From positions 13,173 through 77,172 of the forward strand of contig JBAZJG010000001.1 of assembly GCA_041651455.1 (NCBI GenBank): a stretch of 64,000 nt of DNA. Direction: 5' to 3'. The translations under genes and the position numbers were made by a program. Of this stretch, positions 50,886 to 60,882 are shown piece after piece (position 1 is the stretch's first letter; the number at the start of each line of letters is the position of its first letter). The notes under the pieces are model-generated. The model was not told where the DNA came from and ran no database searches. It was given only the letters and a program-made list of their open reading frames with translations. This DNA comes from Candidatus Omnitrophota bacterium. Its GTDB lineage: Bacteria; Omnitrophota; Gorgyraeia; Pluralincolimonadales; Pluralincolimonadaceae.

Positions 50886-52286
50886 ATGAGCGGTTTTTTT
50901 GGTGTGGTATCAAAAGGTGACTGCGCGGAAACGCTTCTTTACGGGACCGATTACCATTCGCACCTCGGGACGGAGTTCGGAGGCATGGCCGTCCTGGGGG
51001 AGACGTTTACCAGGCAGATACACAGCATAAGCCAGAGCCAGTTCAAGTCGAAGTTCTTCGATGACTGCAGGAGGATGAAGGGCAACAAGGGCATCGGCGT
51101 AATAAGCTCCTACGATGAGCAGCCGATATACCTTAATTCGAGGTTCGGCCCTTTCTGCCTCGTTACATACGGCCTCATTGAGAATGCGGAAGAACTGATG
51201 CAGGAGATGCTCAAGAAGGGCACATCGTTCAGCGAGGTCACGAAGGGCAATGTCAACGTGACCGAACTGATAGCGAAGATGATCGTCCAGGGCGATAACC
51301 TGCTCGACGGCATTCAGAAGATGTGGCAGAAGATCGAGGGTTCCTGCTCGCTGCTGCTGCTCAATAAGGACGGCGTCTACGCCGCGCGCGACAGGTTCGG
51401 ATATACTCCTGTCATAATCGGCAAACGGATGGACGCCTGGGCCGCGGCGACCGAGACGGCGGCGTTCCCGAACCTTGAGTTCCAGACGGTCAAGTACCTC
51501 GAGCCGGGCGAGATAGTCCTGCTCAACGAGGAAGGGATGGTCCAGAGGAAACCCGGCGGGAAGACGAGCCGTATATGCGCGTTCCTGTGGATCTATTCCG
51601 GGTTCCCGGCGTCGGATTACGAAGGCATAAATACAGAGATAGTAAGGGAGAGGTGCGGAAGGTGCCTCGCGAAGCATGATAAGGACATCGAGGTCGATGT
51701 AGTTTCGGGCGTGCCGGATTCCGGTTCGGCGCACGCCCTCGGTTACGCCATGGAATCGAAGAGGCCGTTCAGGCGTCCGCTCGTGAAATATTCGCCCGGG
51801 TACGGCAGGAGCTATACGCCGCCATCGCAGAAGACCCGCGACCTTATCGCGAGGATGAAGCTCGTCCCGATAAAGGAGATAATAAACGGCAGCAGGATAG
51901 TGCTCTGCGAGGATTCAATTGTAAGGGGCACGCAGCTGAAGAATTTCACGGTCAACAAGCTCTGGGATAACGGCGCGAAAGAGGTCCATGTGAGGCCGGC
52001 GTGCCCGCCGCTGATGTTCCCGTGCAAATACTGCCTGTCGACCCGCAGCATACATGAGCTCGCGGCGCGCAAGGCGATAAAGGTGCTGGAAGGAAGCGAT
52101 GTCGAGGATGTCTCGGAATATATCGACCCGAAGACCGAAAAGTACAAGGCGATGGTCGAATGGATACGCAAGGACCTCGGGGTGACTACGCTGAGGTACC
52201 AGCTGCTCGAGGACATGGTCAAGGCGATCGGATTGCCAAAGGACAGGCTGTGCCTCTATTGTTGGACGGGGGAATCGGGAATATGA
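50886..52286 (+). CDS. Amidophosphoribosyltransferase-like (PurF-like) protein with Ser replacing the N-terminal nucleophile Cys
   Basis: The N-terminus is MSGFFGV, where PurF has MCGIVG. A PRTase motif (VLCEDSIVRGTQL) is present. The C-terminus CLYCWTGE resembles the PurF Fe-S ligand motif. Confidence 0.65.
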   Translation: MSGFFGVVSKGDCAETLLYGTDYHSHLGTEFGGMAVLGETFTRQIHSISQSQFKSKFFDDCRRMKGNKGIGVISSYDEQPIYLNSRFGPFCLVTYGLIENAEELMQEMLKKGTSFSEVTKGNVNVTELIAKMIVQGDNLLDGIQKMWQKIEGSCSLLLLNKDGVYAARDRFGYTPVIIGKRMDAWAAATETAAFPNLEFQTVKYLEPGEIVLLNEEGMVQRKPGGKTSRICAFLWIYSGFPASDYEGINTEIVRERCGRCLAKHDKDIEVDVVSGVPDSGSAHALGYAMESKRPFRRPLVKYSPGYGRSYTPPSQKTRDLIARMKLVPIKEIINGSRIVLCEDSIVRGTQLKNFTVNKLWDNGAKEVHVRPACPPLMFPCKYCLSTRSIHELAARKAIKVLEGSDVEDVSEYIDPKTEKYKAMVEWIRKDLGVTTLRYQLLEDMVKAIGLPKDRLCLYCWTGESGI

Positions 52287-52930
52287 AGTCGAAGGCGATA
52301 GAGAACATAGAAAAGAAGATGGAGGGGCTCGAAGAGGGTTCCCTCAGGTACCGCGTGCTGCGCAACGTGATGCAGTTCAAGACCTCGTGGATTGAGCTCG
52401 GGCAGTCCCTTTACGCGGTATGGAAGGATAAGATGTACAAGGACTGGGGCTACCTTACGTTCGAGGCCTATTCGGCCAAGGAGATAGGGATCAGGAAGGA
52501 CACGGCGATGAAGCTGCTGCGCTCGTATTATTTCCTCGAGAAGGAGGAGCCGCAGTACCTGAAGAAAGGCGACGACGACCCTTCCGAGGCCGCGAACGTC
52601 CCGAGTTACGAGGCGGTCAACCTGCTGCGCATGGCGAAGAACAAGAAAGAGCTGGGCGAGGAAGGTTACGAGTCGCTGAAGAAGAACGTCTTCGAGAAAG
52701 GCAGGGATTTCCGCGAGGTCAAAAAAGACCTTACCGCTCTCATTAGGCAGAGGGAGGACCTCGACCCGCAGGAAGCGAGGGACAGGAGGAAGTCCGCGGC
52801 GATACGCCGCGTCGTCGCGACGCTCAAAGGGCTGAAGAACGATATTGAGGTGGCGAAGCTGCTTCCCGCCTCAACGATAAAGGACATAAAAGAACTGATA
52901 GACAAGCTCGAGTCGGAGATACCTGAGTGA
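52283..52930 (+). CDS. Hypothetical cytoplasmic protein
   Basis: The ATG at 52283 overlaps the upstream stop. The product is charged and Lys/Glu-rich. No family was recognised. Confidence 0.4.
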   Translation: MKSKAIENIEKKMEGLEEGSLRYRVLRNVMQFKTSWIELGQSLYAVWKDKMYKDWGYLTFEAYSAKEIGIRKDTAMKLLRSYYFLEKEEPQYLKKGDDDPSEAANVPSYEAVNLLRMAKNKKELGEEGYESLKKNVFEKGRDFREVKKDLTALIRQREDLDPQEARDRRKSAAIRRVVATLKGLKNDIEVAKLLPASTIKDIKELIDKLESEIPE

Positions 52931-53688
52931 AGAGGGTGATCATGGCAGCGGCCGCCATACTCTTCTTAGCGACCGTACCGGACGCGAATGAGGCGGGTGT
53001 TGTCATTACCCGGCAGAGGTGTTCGGGCTCCGACGGAAAAACCTTATGGGAATCGACCGTAACGACGGCTCCCGTGAAAGGCGAGCCCGGCGCGTATATA
53101 ATAACGGAAGAGGGTAAGGGCAGGTATTACGGTTTCGAGGGCGAGACCTCATGCCGGTCGGAAACGAAGTATACGGGCGGAAATGAAGGTATAAGGCCCG
53201 CCTGGCTCAAGAGGACGGTCTTGTCGCTGTCGGGAAAAACCCTGCTTGAGGAGACACAGGATTACGGCACGGGAAAGGATGAGGTGCGGTGCACGGTAAA
53301 GGATTTTGCGAAAGGCTCGGAGAAGAGCAGGTCGTTCAAATATAAAGGCGGAATGATCAACAAGATGCTTACGGGAGCCACGGTGAGGTCTATGCTTGAG
53401 GCCGGGGAGAAGCAGAGGACCGTGAATATAGTAAACGACGAGCCCGCGGTTTACAGCATTACGATAAGGGTGGAAGGCAGGGAAAAGATAACCGTAAACG
53501 GGCGTGAGACGGACGCCTTCAAGGTATGCATAGACCCGAATATAGGCCTGCTGAGCCCCGTGAAGGCGTTCATACCGAAGAATTATTCGTGGTATTCATG
53601 CGAACCCCCGTACAGGTGGCTGAAATTCAAGGGCCTTGAAGCGTCGATAAGTTCACCGGTCGTCGAGATGACAGCATTGGACAACTAA
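52927..53688 (+). CDS. Hypothetical secreted protein
   Basis: Signal peptide MKRVIMAAAAILFLATVPDANEA. It is translationally coupled to both neighbouring genes. Confidence 0.4.
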   Translation: MKRVIMAAAAILFLATVPDANEAGVVITRQRCSGSDGKTLWESTVTTAPVKGEPGAYIITEEGKGRYYGFEGETSCRSETKYTGGNEGIRPAWLKRTVLSLSGKTLLEETQDYGTGKDEVRCTVKDFAKGSEKSRSFKYKGGMINKMLTGATVRSMLEAGEKQRTVNIVNDEPAVYSITIRVEGREKITVNGRETDAFKVCIDPNIGLLSPVKAFIPKNYSWYSCEPPYRWLKFKGLEASISSPVVEMTALDN

Positions 53689-53690
53689 AC

Positions 53691-55022
53691 ATGGCTAAAT
53701 TAGTCCCCGAAAGGTTCAGGGAGGAGTACAAGAACGAGCTGAGGCGTATCTTCGACCAGCGGATAAACCTCTTCTGTTATATTGCGATAAGCGCTTTCTT
53801 CATAGAGGTCGTGCTGGCCAGTTTCTGGTTCAGGAGGCTTCTGAGCGCCAAGGATATGCCGGGCGTCGCGGGCGGCACGATACTGGCACTGATAATACTC
53901 TTCTCAGGGAAGTTCAAGAGGCGCCTCATTATTCATAAGATCAGGGGTTTCTTCTTCAGTATCTTCCTGATTTCTATCGCGATACTCGCGGCTGCGGCGC
54001 ATCCCGATGTCATAGCCAACCTGGGGATAACGCTGATACTGATCGGGCTGTTCGCGAGCGTCTTGCTGCTGCCGTGGAACATACTCGAGACCGCCGCGCT
54101 CGGCGTATATACGCTTGTCAGCTTTATCGGCGTATACGAGATGTCGAATACCTATGTGAATTACGAGATATTCGGGATCAACATAACGCTGCTTATCACC
54201 GCTACCCTCATATGCATGGTGGTCAAGAGGAGCGAGGAGATAATGAGGCAAAAGGATTTCGTGCTGAAGAAGGAGATCGAGGAGAAGAGCAAGATAATGG
54301 TCGAGGAGCTCGAGATAGCGAACAAGATACACAGCGGCCTCATGCCTAAGTCGGTCAGGACCGACCTCGTCGATATCGCGGTCGACTACAAACCGATGCT
54401 CTATATGGGAGGCGACTACGCGAGGTTCCACTTCATCGATAAGGAAAAGCTTGTCTTCATGATAGCCGATATAACAGGGCACGGCGTCTCGGCCGCGCTC
54501 CTGGTCAACAGGCTGCATACGGAAATCGAAGAGCTGCTTCGCCTGAAGATAGACCCGGGGGAGATGCTCAAGCGCCTCGACAGGTTCATCAAGTCGGATT
54601 TCGGCAAGATGAGCATATTCCTCAGCGCGTTCGGAGGACTGCTGGATTTCAAGAGCAGGAAACTGACATATTCGAATTTCGGGCATCCGCCGCAGATACT
54701 CTACAGGAAAGCGGATAGCAAGATAATATACATGGAGTCGCAGACGTTCCTCATGGGGATAGGCCTCGACGAAAGCAGCGTGTACCAGATGACGATCGAT
54801 TTCGAGAAGGGAGACAAGATATTCCTTTTTACGGACGGCATGATCGAGGCGAAGGCCCCGTCGGGGGAGATGTACGGCAATAAGAGGTTCGAGGAGTTCG
54901 TCAGGCAGAACGGCGCGCTATACGTGGCGGATTTTAACGAGAGGCTGATGGCGACGCTGAAGGAATTCCAGGCCGGCGAGCAGAGCGACGACATATTCCT
55001 GCTCTCTATACAGATAAAATAG
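53691..55022 (+). CDS. Membrane-bound PP2C/SpoIIE-type serine phosphatase
   Basis: About 6 N-terminal TM helices are followed by a PPM domain (GDYARFHFIDKEKLVFMIADITGHGVSAALL...FLFTDGMIE). Confidence 0.8.
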   Translation: MAKLVPERFREEYKNELRRIFDQRINLFCYIAISAFFIEVVLASFWFRRLLSAKDMPGVAGGTILALIILFSGKFKRRLIIHKIRGFFFSIFLISIAILAAAAHPDVIANLGITLILIGLFASVLLLPWNILETAALGVYTLVSFIGVYEMSNTYVNYEIFGINITLLITATLICMVVKRSEEIMRQKDFVLKKEIEEKSKIMVEELEIANKIHSGLMPKSVRTDLVDIAVDYKPMLYMGGDYARFHFIDKEKLVFMIADITGHGVSAALLVNRLHTEIEELLRLKIDPGEMLKRLDRFIKSDFGKMSIFLSAFGGLLDFKSRKLTYSNFGHPPQILYRKADSKIIYMESQTFLMGIGLDESSVYQMTIDFEKGDKIFLFTDGMIEAKAPSGEMYGNKRFEEFVRQNGALYVADFNERLMATLKEFQAGEQSDDIFLLSIQIK

Positions 55023-55031
55023 GAGGCGCTT

Positions 55032-55511
55032 TTGAAGGGTTTCGTCCTTACATGGATCGTGAACATAGCCGCGATGATACTCGTCATAGGGATCGTGCCG
55101 GGCATTCATTCGGAAAGCCGGCTCGCGACCGTGCTTGCCGCGCTCGTCCTCGGGCTGATCAACGCGACGCTGAGGCCCGTCGTTTTCGCGCTGACGCTGC
55201 CGCTTACGATATTATCGTTCGGGATATTCACGCTGTTCATGAACGGTTTCTTTTTTTACATAGTATCGTGGGTCGTAGAGGGTTTCGTGATAGCGGATTT
55301 TGGCGCGGCGTTCTGGGGGGCGCTTTGCTTCAGCGTGATAAGCTTCATGCTGAACCTTATCGTAAGCCCGCAGGGGAGGTTCAGGGTCTACCGTTCCGAC
55401 AGGCGCGGCGGGCCCGGGGCCGGCACGCCCGCGGTGAAAGACCGGGATATAATAGACGTTGAGGCCGAGGTAGACAACGATGACGAGGAGGGGAAAGATG
55501 GCTCAAAATAG
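55032..55511 (+). CDS. Phage-holin-family (Phage_holin_4_2-like) small membrane protein with an acidic C-terminal tail
   Basis: Four TM helices. The N-terminus is MKGFVLTWIVNIAAMILVIGIVPGI. The C-terminus is DVEAEVDNDDEEGKDGSK. Confidence 0.5.
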   Translation: MKGFVLTWIVNIAAMILVIGIVPGIHSESRLATVLAALVLGLINATLRPVVFALTLPLTILSFGIFTLFMNGFFFYIVSWVVEGFVIADFGAAFWGALCFSVISFMLNLIVSPQGRFRVYRSDRRGGPGAGTPAVKDRDIIDVEAEVDNDDEEGKDGSK

Positions 55512-56253
55512 CCCGATGCTGCTTTACGGAAAGAACGCGGTCATAGAAAGGCTCAGGGCGAACATGAGGGGGGTCAGGAAAGTGATCATCGCGGAAAATT
55601 TCGATGACCCGACGGCCCTCGAGCTCATCAAGGCACGCCGCATACCGGTGCAGAAGGTCTCCGAAAAGGAGATGCTGAGGATGAAGCGGACCGAACGCCT
55701 GCAGGGCATCATCGCCGAGATAGACCCATTCAGGTACTCGTCGTTCGAAACGCTCGTAAGTAATCCTGACGGAGAAAAGCTCTCTTTCATAATGCTCGAT
55801 GAGGTGACCGACCCTCAGAACCTCGGCGCGATAATCAGGATAGCGGCGTGTTTCGGCGGTTTCGGAATAGTGATTCCCGAACGCGGCGCGTGCGAGGTCA
55901 ATGAGACGGTATTGAGCGTGGCCTCGGGCGGCGACAATTATGTCCCGATCTGCAGGATAAACAACCTGACGAACGCGCTGATACACGCTAAGAAGGCCGG
56001 ATACTGGGCCGCGGGCGCCGTCGTGGAAGGAGGCGATGACCTCACGAAGGCGTCGCTCCCGTTCCCGCTTTGCATAGTCATGGGTTCCGAAGGCAAAGGG
56101 ATACACCACGGCGTGGAAAAGCATCTGGAGATGAAGGTCACGCTCCCGATGCAGGGCGCGGCGCTGTCGTTCAACGTGGCCATGGCCTCGGCAATATTCT
56201 GTTATGAGATCGCGAGGCAGAGGCCGAAAGCCGCGAAAACGAAAGACAGATGA
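55498..56253 (+). CDS. rlmB: 23S rRNA (guanosine-2'-O)-methyltransferase RlmB (SpoU/TrmH family)
   Basis: LYGKNAVIERL is followed by the SPOUT knot motifs (IVMGSEGKGI...LNVAMASAI). Confidence 0.75.
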   Translation: MAQNSPMLLYGKNAVIERLRANMRGVRKVIIAENFDDPTALELIKARRIPVQKVSEKEMLRMKRTERLQGIIAEIDPFRYSSFETLVSNPDGEKLSFIMLDEVTDPQNLGAIIRIAACFGGFGIVIPERGACEVNETVLSVASGGDNYVPICRINNLTNALIHAKKAGYWAAGAVVEGGDDLTKASLPFPLCIVMGSEGKGIHHGVEKHLEMKVTLPMQGAALSFNVAMASAIFCYEIARQRPKAAKTKDR

Positions 56254-57197
56254 AAGCCGTATTCAACGAGCTTCCCGAAGAATTCACGGAAAAGCTGAAA
56301 ACGGTATATCCTTCCGTATTCCCCAAGATCTGCGAGACATTCCTCCACAAGAAAGAACAGACATTCAGGATAAACTGCCTCAAGACTTCCCTGCCCGTGC
56401 TGAAGGAAGACCTTGACCGGCAGGGGATAGGATACCGAGAACTGCATTGGCCGAAAGGAAGTTTTATCCTCAGGTCGGAGAAGAAGGAATTACAGAAGAG
56501 CCCGGCGTATATTGATGGTAAAATATACATGCAGAACGTCTCGAGCATGCTGCCGCCCATTATGCTCGACCCGAAGCCGGCAGATAAGATACTCGACCTC
56601 TGTGCCGCGCCCGGGGCGAAGACAAGCGAGATCGCTTCGCTGGCCGGCAGGGAGATAGAACTCGTGGCGGTCGAGAAGCTCGGGATACGCTATGAGAAGC
56701 TCCTCGCGACGTTGAGGATCCAGGGCGTCGATTTCGCTAAGACGCTTATGGAGGACGGGATAGAGATGGGAAGGAAATACCCCGGCTATTTCGATAAGGT
56801 CCTTGTAGACGCGCCTTGCTCTGGGGAGGCACTCTTCTATATGAGGGACCCGAAATCGTTCAAACCGTGGAGCCAGAAGAAGGTCAGGGAGCTCTCGCAT
56901 ACGCAGAAAGTGCTGATATATTCGGGCATAAGCGCACTGAAGGAAGGCGGGGAGCTTGTCTATTCGACGTGCACGTTCTCTCCCGAGGAGAACGAGGAGG
57001 TCGTCGATTGGGCATTGAAGAAATTCGAAGGGCTTCGGCTTTTACCGGTTGACATGCCGTTGCCGAACAAGTCGCGCGGCATCGCGTCGTGGGAGGGCAA
57101 ACAGTTCCCGAAAGAGATGGGCATGGCGATGCGCGTGCTCCCTAACGAGTATATGGAAGGGTTTTTCATGGCAAAACTGAAAAAGGAGAAGAGATGA
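56250..57197 (+). CDS. RsmB/RsmF (NOL1/NOP2/Sun) family rRNA m5C methyltransferase
   Basis: DLCAAPGAKT is the SAM-binding motif. DAPCSGEA is motif IV (ProCys). TCT is motif VI (Cys). Confidence 0.8.
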   Translation: MKAVFNELPEEFTEKLKTVYPSVFPKICETFLHKKEQTFRINCLKTSLPVLKEDLDRQGIGYRELHWPKGSFILRSEKKELQKSPAYIDGKIYMQNVSSMLPPIMLDPKPADKILDLCAAPGAKTSEIASLAGREIELVAVEKLGIRYEKLLATLRIQGVDFAKTLMEDGIEMGRKYPGYFDKVLVDAPCSGEALFYMRDPKSFKPWSQKKVRELSHTQKVLIYSGISALKEGGELVYSTCTFSPEENEEVVDWALKKFEGLRLLPVDMPLPNKSRGIASWEGKQFPKEMGMAMRVLPNEYMEGFFMAKLKKEKR

Positions 57198-58366
57198 AGT
57201 TCAGGCATTTCATCCCTATTATTGTTTTTACGGTCGCATTATCGGGCTGCGCGCATATGGCAAAAAGGGGGCCTGGCGCCGCGGTCGCAAAGGCCGACCC
57301 GGATACCGAACGGGTCTACGCGTGGGTAAGCGGCCTGCAGCTCGAGAACGGCCTGCTCGAAAGTTCCGACAGCAGCAACTTTGTATCGCTTTACGAGAAC
57401 GCCCTTGCGGCTATAGTTTTCTCGGCTCGCGGCGACTTAAAGAGAGCGGAGAAGGTGCTCGATTATTTCGACAGGAACATAGGCGAACTGGAACAGGCGC
57501 CCGGCGGGTTTGGGCAGTTCCGCGACAGGGACGGAGCGCCGCTGGACGGCGCGCCGCACCGCTGGCTCGGGGATAACGCGTGGCTGCTGATTGCGGTGAA
57601 CAATTACCATAATATCGCGGGGAACGGAAGGTATTCGAAACTGTCATCGGCACTTGAAAAGTGGATACGCTCGCTGCAGGACCCTGATGACGGCGGACTC
57701 CGGGGCGGATATGACCGGTCGGGCAAAGAGATATTGAAATCCGCGGAAGGGATCATCGATTCCTTTAACGCGGTAAAAGGATACGACGGTTTCCACAGGA
57801 AGATCCTCGGGTACCTGAAGAACGGGTATTGGGACCCGGGGAAGAAGGCGTTCCTCGCCTGGAAAGAGCACGAAAAATACAAGTATGCACTCGACCTGCA
57901 TTCGTGGGGGTACTGCGCGTTCCCCCGCATGCCTCAACGCACACTGGATGAGGCCGCGATGTTCCTGACCTCAAAAAAGATGAAGGCGAGCGGCATAGAG
58001 ATCACCGGGTTCTGTTTCGACCTTGACCACGATTCGGTATGGCTTGAAGGGACGGGCGAGATGGTGGTCGCCTACCGCAGCGCTGGCCGCGGATATACCG
58101 CGGATTTCTATCTCGACGAGATGAGCAAGGCGTTGATGCAAAGCGCAAACGCGAAAAACGGCAGCCCCGAAAAGGCGGGTTTGCCTTACGCGACGAATCC
58201 CGGCACGCACTACGGGGCAGGGAAGCTTTGGGACGGTGTCGACACGAACCTTTCGTTGGCCGCCTCCGCATGGTATCTCTTCGGCAAGATGCATTATGAC
58301 CCGATGGAAACAGGGAGAAAGAAGAGCATACCGGCGGGAGATATGTTCTGGGCGGACAAGAAATGA
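57194..58366 (+). CDS. Hypothetical lipoprotein (possible alpha/alpha-toroid glycosidase-like fold)
   Basis: The signal peptide carries a lipobox, LSGC. It is rich in Trp, Tyr and Asp. No confident family was recognised. Confidence 0.4.
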   Translation: MKFRHFIPIIVFTVALSGCAHMAKRGPGAAVAKADPDTERVYAWVSGLQLENGLLESSDSSNFVSLYENALAAIVFSARGDLKRAEKVLDYFDRNIGELEQAPGGFGQFRDRDGAPLDGAPHRWLGDNAWLLIAVNNYHNIAGNGRYSKLSSALEKWIRSLQDPDDGGLRGGYDRSGKEILKSAEGIIDSFNAVKGYDGFHRKILGYLKNGYWDPGKKAFLAWKEHEKYKYALDLHSWGYCAFPRMPQRTLDEAAMFLTSKKMKASGIEITGFCFDLDHDSVWLEGTGEMVVAYRSAGRGYTADFYLDEMSKALMQSANAKNGSPEKAGLPYATNPGTHYGAGKLWDGVDTNLSLAASAWYLFGKMHYDPMETGRKKSIPAGDMFWADKK

Positions 58367-58649
58367 GGCACATCAGCTGAAGATAAAGCGTACAGGGAAA
58401 TTCTACACTTATATAGTCCGATGCTGCGACGGAACATACTATACGGGCTATACTCCGGACGTCAAGAAACGCGTGGAGACGCATAACAAGGGCAAAGGCG
58501 CTAAGTATACGCGTGACAGGCGGCCGGTCGAGCTGGTCTGGTACAGGGAATATAAATATTTCAAGCTCGCGTTCATGGAAGAGAAAAGGATAAAGAAACT
58601 TCCGAGGGCAAAGAAAGAGGCGCTGATATGCTCGACGAAAAGACGGTAA
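58296..58649 (+). CDS. GIY-YIG nuclease-family protein (UPF0213-like). Start codon uncertain.
   Basis: The GIY-YIG core is [50 protein letters not shown]. The nearest in-frame ATG is at 58296, inside the upstream gene. A non-ATG start near 58377 is possible. Confidence 0.6.
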   Translation: MTRWKQGERRAYRREICSGRTRNEAHQLKIKRTGKFYTYIVRCCDGTYYTGYTPDVKKRVETHNKGKGAKYTRDRRPVELVWYREYKYFKLAFMEEKRIKKLPRAKKEALICSTKRR

Positions 58650-59497
58650 GTATCATACTGGAATTCCAGAGGAACGAGATCACGGAGGTCGGGATCTACA
58701 GGAAGCTCTCCGCGATGGCGAAGGACGCCCATAACCGGAAGATACTGGGCGAGATAGCCGATGAAGAGCAGGGCCATTATAATATCTGGAAGGAATGCTC
58801 CGGAAAGGATGCGGCGCCGAAGAACGGCAAGTACCTGTTCTATGTCCTCGTCTCGATGTTATTCGGGGTCACGTTCGGCATAAGGCTGATGGAGAAAGGC
58901 GAGAAAGGCGCGCAGGTATCTTATGCGCAGTTGGCGGGCACCGTGCCGGAAGCCGGCAGGATACAGAAGGAAGAGCTCGGGCACGAGAACATGCTGATAG
59001 GCATGATAGACGAGGACAAGCTTAAATACATGGGGTCGGTCGTCCTCGGGCTCAATGACGCGCTTGTCGAGTTCACCGGCGCGCTGGCGGGGTTTACGTT
59101 CGCGCTGCAGGATTCCCGGCTTATAGGGATGGTCGGGCTTATCATGGGTTTTTCGGCGTCGTTATCCATGGCGGCGTCCGAGTACCTTTCCACGAAGACG
59201 GAGGCGGATCATAAGAGCCCTCTCAAGGCCTCGGTCTATACGGGCATCGCATACGTGATCACGGTATTCGTGCTCGTCTTCCCGTATTTCATGACGGCAA
59301 ATTACTATCTGTCCCTGGGGTTGACAGTCGTATTTGCCATACTGCTCATACTCGTCTTCACTTTTTATTATTCGGTGGTCAAAGAGATACCTTTTAAGGC
59401 CAGGTTCATGGAGATGGCCGCGATAAGCATGGGAGTCGCGGCACTGAGCTTCCTGATCGGGCTTGGGGTGAGGAAGGTCCTGCACGTAGATATATAA
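58628..59497 (+). CDS. Er-VIT1 / MbfA-like protein: ferritin-like (erythrin) domain fused to a VIT1/CCC1 iron-manganese transporter
   Basis: The N-terminal diiron-type helices ([12 protein letters not shown]...EEQGHYNIW) are followed by the VIT1 signature [19 protein letters not shown] and 5 TM helices. Confidence 0.7.
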   Translation: MLDEKTVSIILEFQRNEITEVGIYRKLSAMAKDAHNRKILGEIADEEQGHYNIWKECSGKDAAPKNGKYLFYVLVSMLFGVTFGIRLMEKGEKGAQVSYAQLAGTVPEAGRIQKEELGHENMLIGMIDEDKLKYMGSVVLGLNDALVEFTGALAGFTFALQDSRLIGMVGLIMGFSASLSMAASEYLSTKTEADHKSPLKASVYTGIAYVITVFVLVFPYFMTANYYLSLGLTVVFAILLILVFTFYYSVVKEIPFKARFMEMAAISMGVAALSFLIGLGVRKVLHVDI

Positions 59498-59508
59498 GGT
59501 AAAATAAA

Positions 59509-60882
59509 ATGGAAAGAAAGAAAGTACTGGGATTCTGGGACCTTACGCTGTTCGTATTCTGCTCGATATTCGGCCTTGAGGCGATATCGGCGTCGGCGGC
59601 GATCGGCCCTTCAGCCTTATCATGGTGGCTGATAGGCATAACCTGCTATTTCCTGCCTTCAGGCCTCATATCGGCAGAATTGGGGTCGGCATATCCGGAC
59701 CAGGGAGGGATGTATGTCTGGATAAAGAGGGCGCTCGGGAAAAAATGGGCCGCCCGGAGCATATGGTATTATTGGGTATCGCTGCCCGTATGGCTGCCCG
59801 CGATATACATCGCGATCTCCGAGATGCTCGGGCATATGTTCTTCCCCGGCATCAGCCTCTGGCGGCAGATAGCGATCGGGACCGCGCTTATATGGATAGC
59901 GGTCGGGATAAATCTCTGCCCGCTGAAGGTATCGAAATGGATACCTAATATAGGCTCGATCGCGCAATCCGTCGTGGTCGTGGGCATGATCTGCGCCGCT
60001 ATCGCGTATTTCCGCGGCAGCGGGCATTTTGCCAACGATATAACGGCGGCGAACATACTGCCGAACCTCGGCGCGGCTATCGTTTTTATCCCGGTGATAA
60101 TCTACAATATCCTAGGCTGCGAGCTTGTCTCGTCCGCGGCCGGGGAGATGAAAGACCCCGCGCGGGACATGCCAAGGGCGCTGATATTCTCCGCAGTCGT
60201 GATCGCTTTGTTGTATTTGATAACCACGTTTGCGGTATTGGTGGTCATACCCATAAAGGAGATCAATATCTCAAGCGGGATACTCCAGCTTTTCATGATA
60301 GCGCTGGAAGGCCATGCGATGAGGAATATCGTCATTCTTGCCGCCGGGTCGCTTATATCGGTCGCCTTGTTCTCCGGCATCGTCGCGTGGACCTTAGGGC
60401 AGAACAGGGCGGTGGCCGAGTCCGCGAATAACGGCGAGCTGCCAAGGGTACTCGGCAGGACGAACAAGCAGATGGCGCCGGTCGGGGCATCGGTCGTATC
60501 CGGGGTCATCTCTACCGCCGTCCTGATCATGTACGGTTTTATTGCCAAAAACGCCGCAGAGCTGTTCTGGCATACGGTCTCGTTCAGCCTTATAGTGCAG
60601 TTGTTATCGTACCTGATGCTTTTCCCCGCTTTTGTAATATTAAGGAGAAGGGATGCGGGGATTCCGAGGCCATATCGGGTGCCGGGCCCGGAATGGTTTG
60701 CGGTGTTCCTGGCAGTAATGGCAGAAGTATTCGTTCTATCGGCGATGATCGTGTTGATCATACAGCCGGGTCATGATTTCGCAAGATCTTCCTTGCCGAT
60801 AATCATCGGGGTGCTTGTATCTGTTGCCGCCGGTGAATATTTGGTGGCCAATTCATCTTCGGAACACGGGAGAACAAAATGA
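59509..60882 (+). CDS. APC-family amino acid/polyamine permease
   Basis: 457 aa with 12 TM helices. It has an N-terminal GxG-like segment and a typical APC helix pattern. Confidence 0.7.
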   Translation: MERKKVLGFWDLTLFVFCSIFGLEAISASAAIGPSALSWWLIGITCYFLPSGLISAELGSAYPDQGGMYVWIKRALGKKWAARSIWYYWVSLPVWLPAIYIAISEMLGHMFFPGISLWRQIAIGTALIWIAVGINLCPLKVSKWIPNIGSIAQSVVVVGMICAAIAYFRGSGHFANDITAANILPNLGAAIVFIPVIIYNILGCELVSSAAGEMKDPARDMPRALIFSAVVIALLYLITTFAVLVVIPIKEINISSGILQLFMIALEGHAMRNIVILAAGSLISVALFSGIVAWTLGQNRAVAESANNGELPRVLGRTNKQMAPVGASVVSGVISTAVLIMYGFIAKNAAELFWHTVSFSLIVQLLSYLMLFPAFVILRRRDAGIPRPYRVPGPEWFAVFLAVMAEVFVLSAMIVLIIQPGHDFARSSLPIIIGVLVSVAAGEYLVANSSSEHGRTK

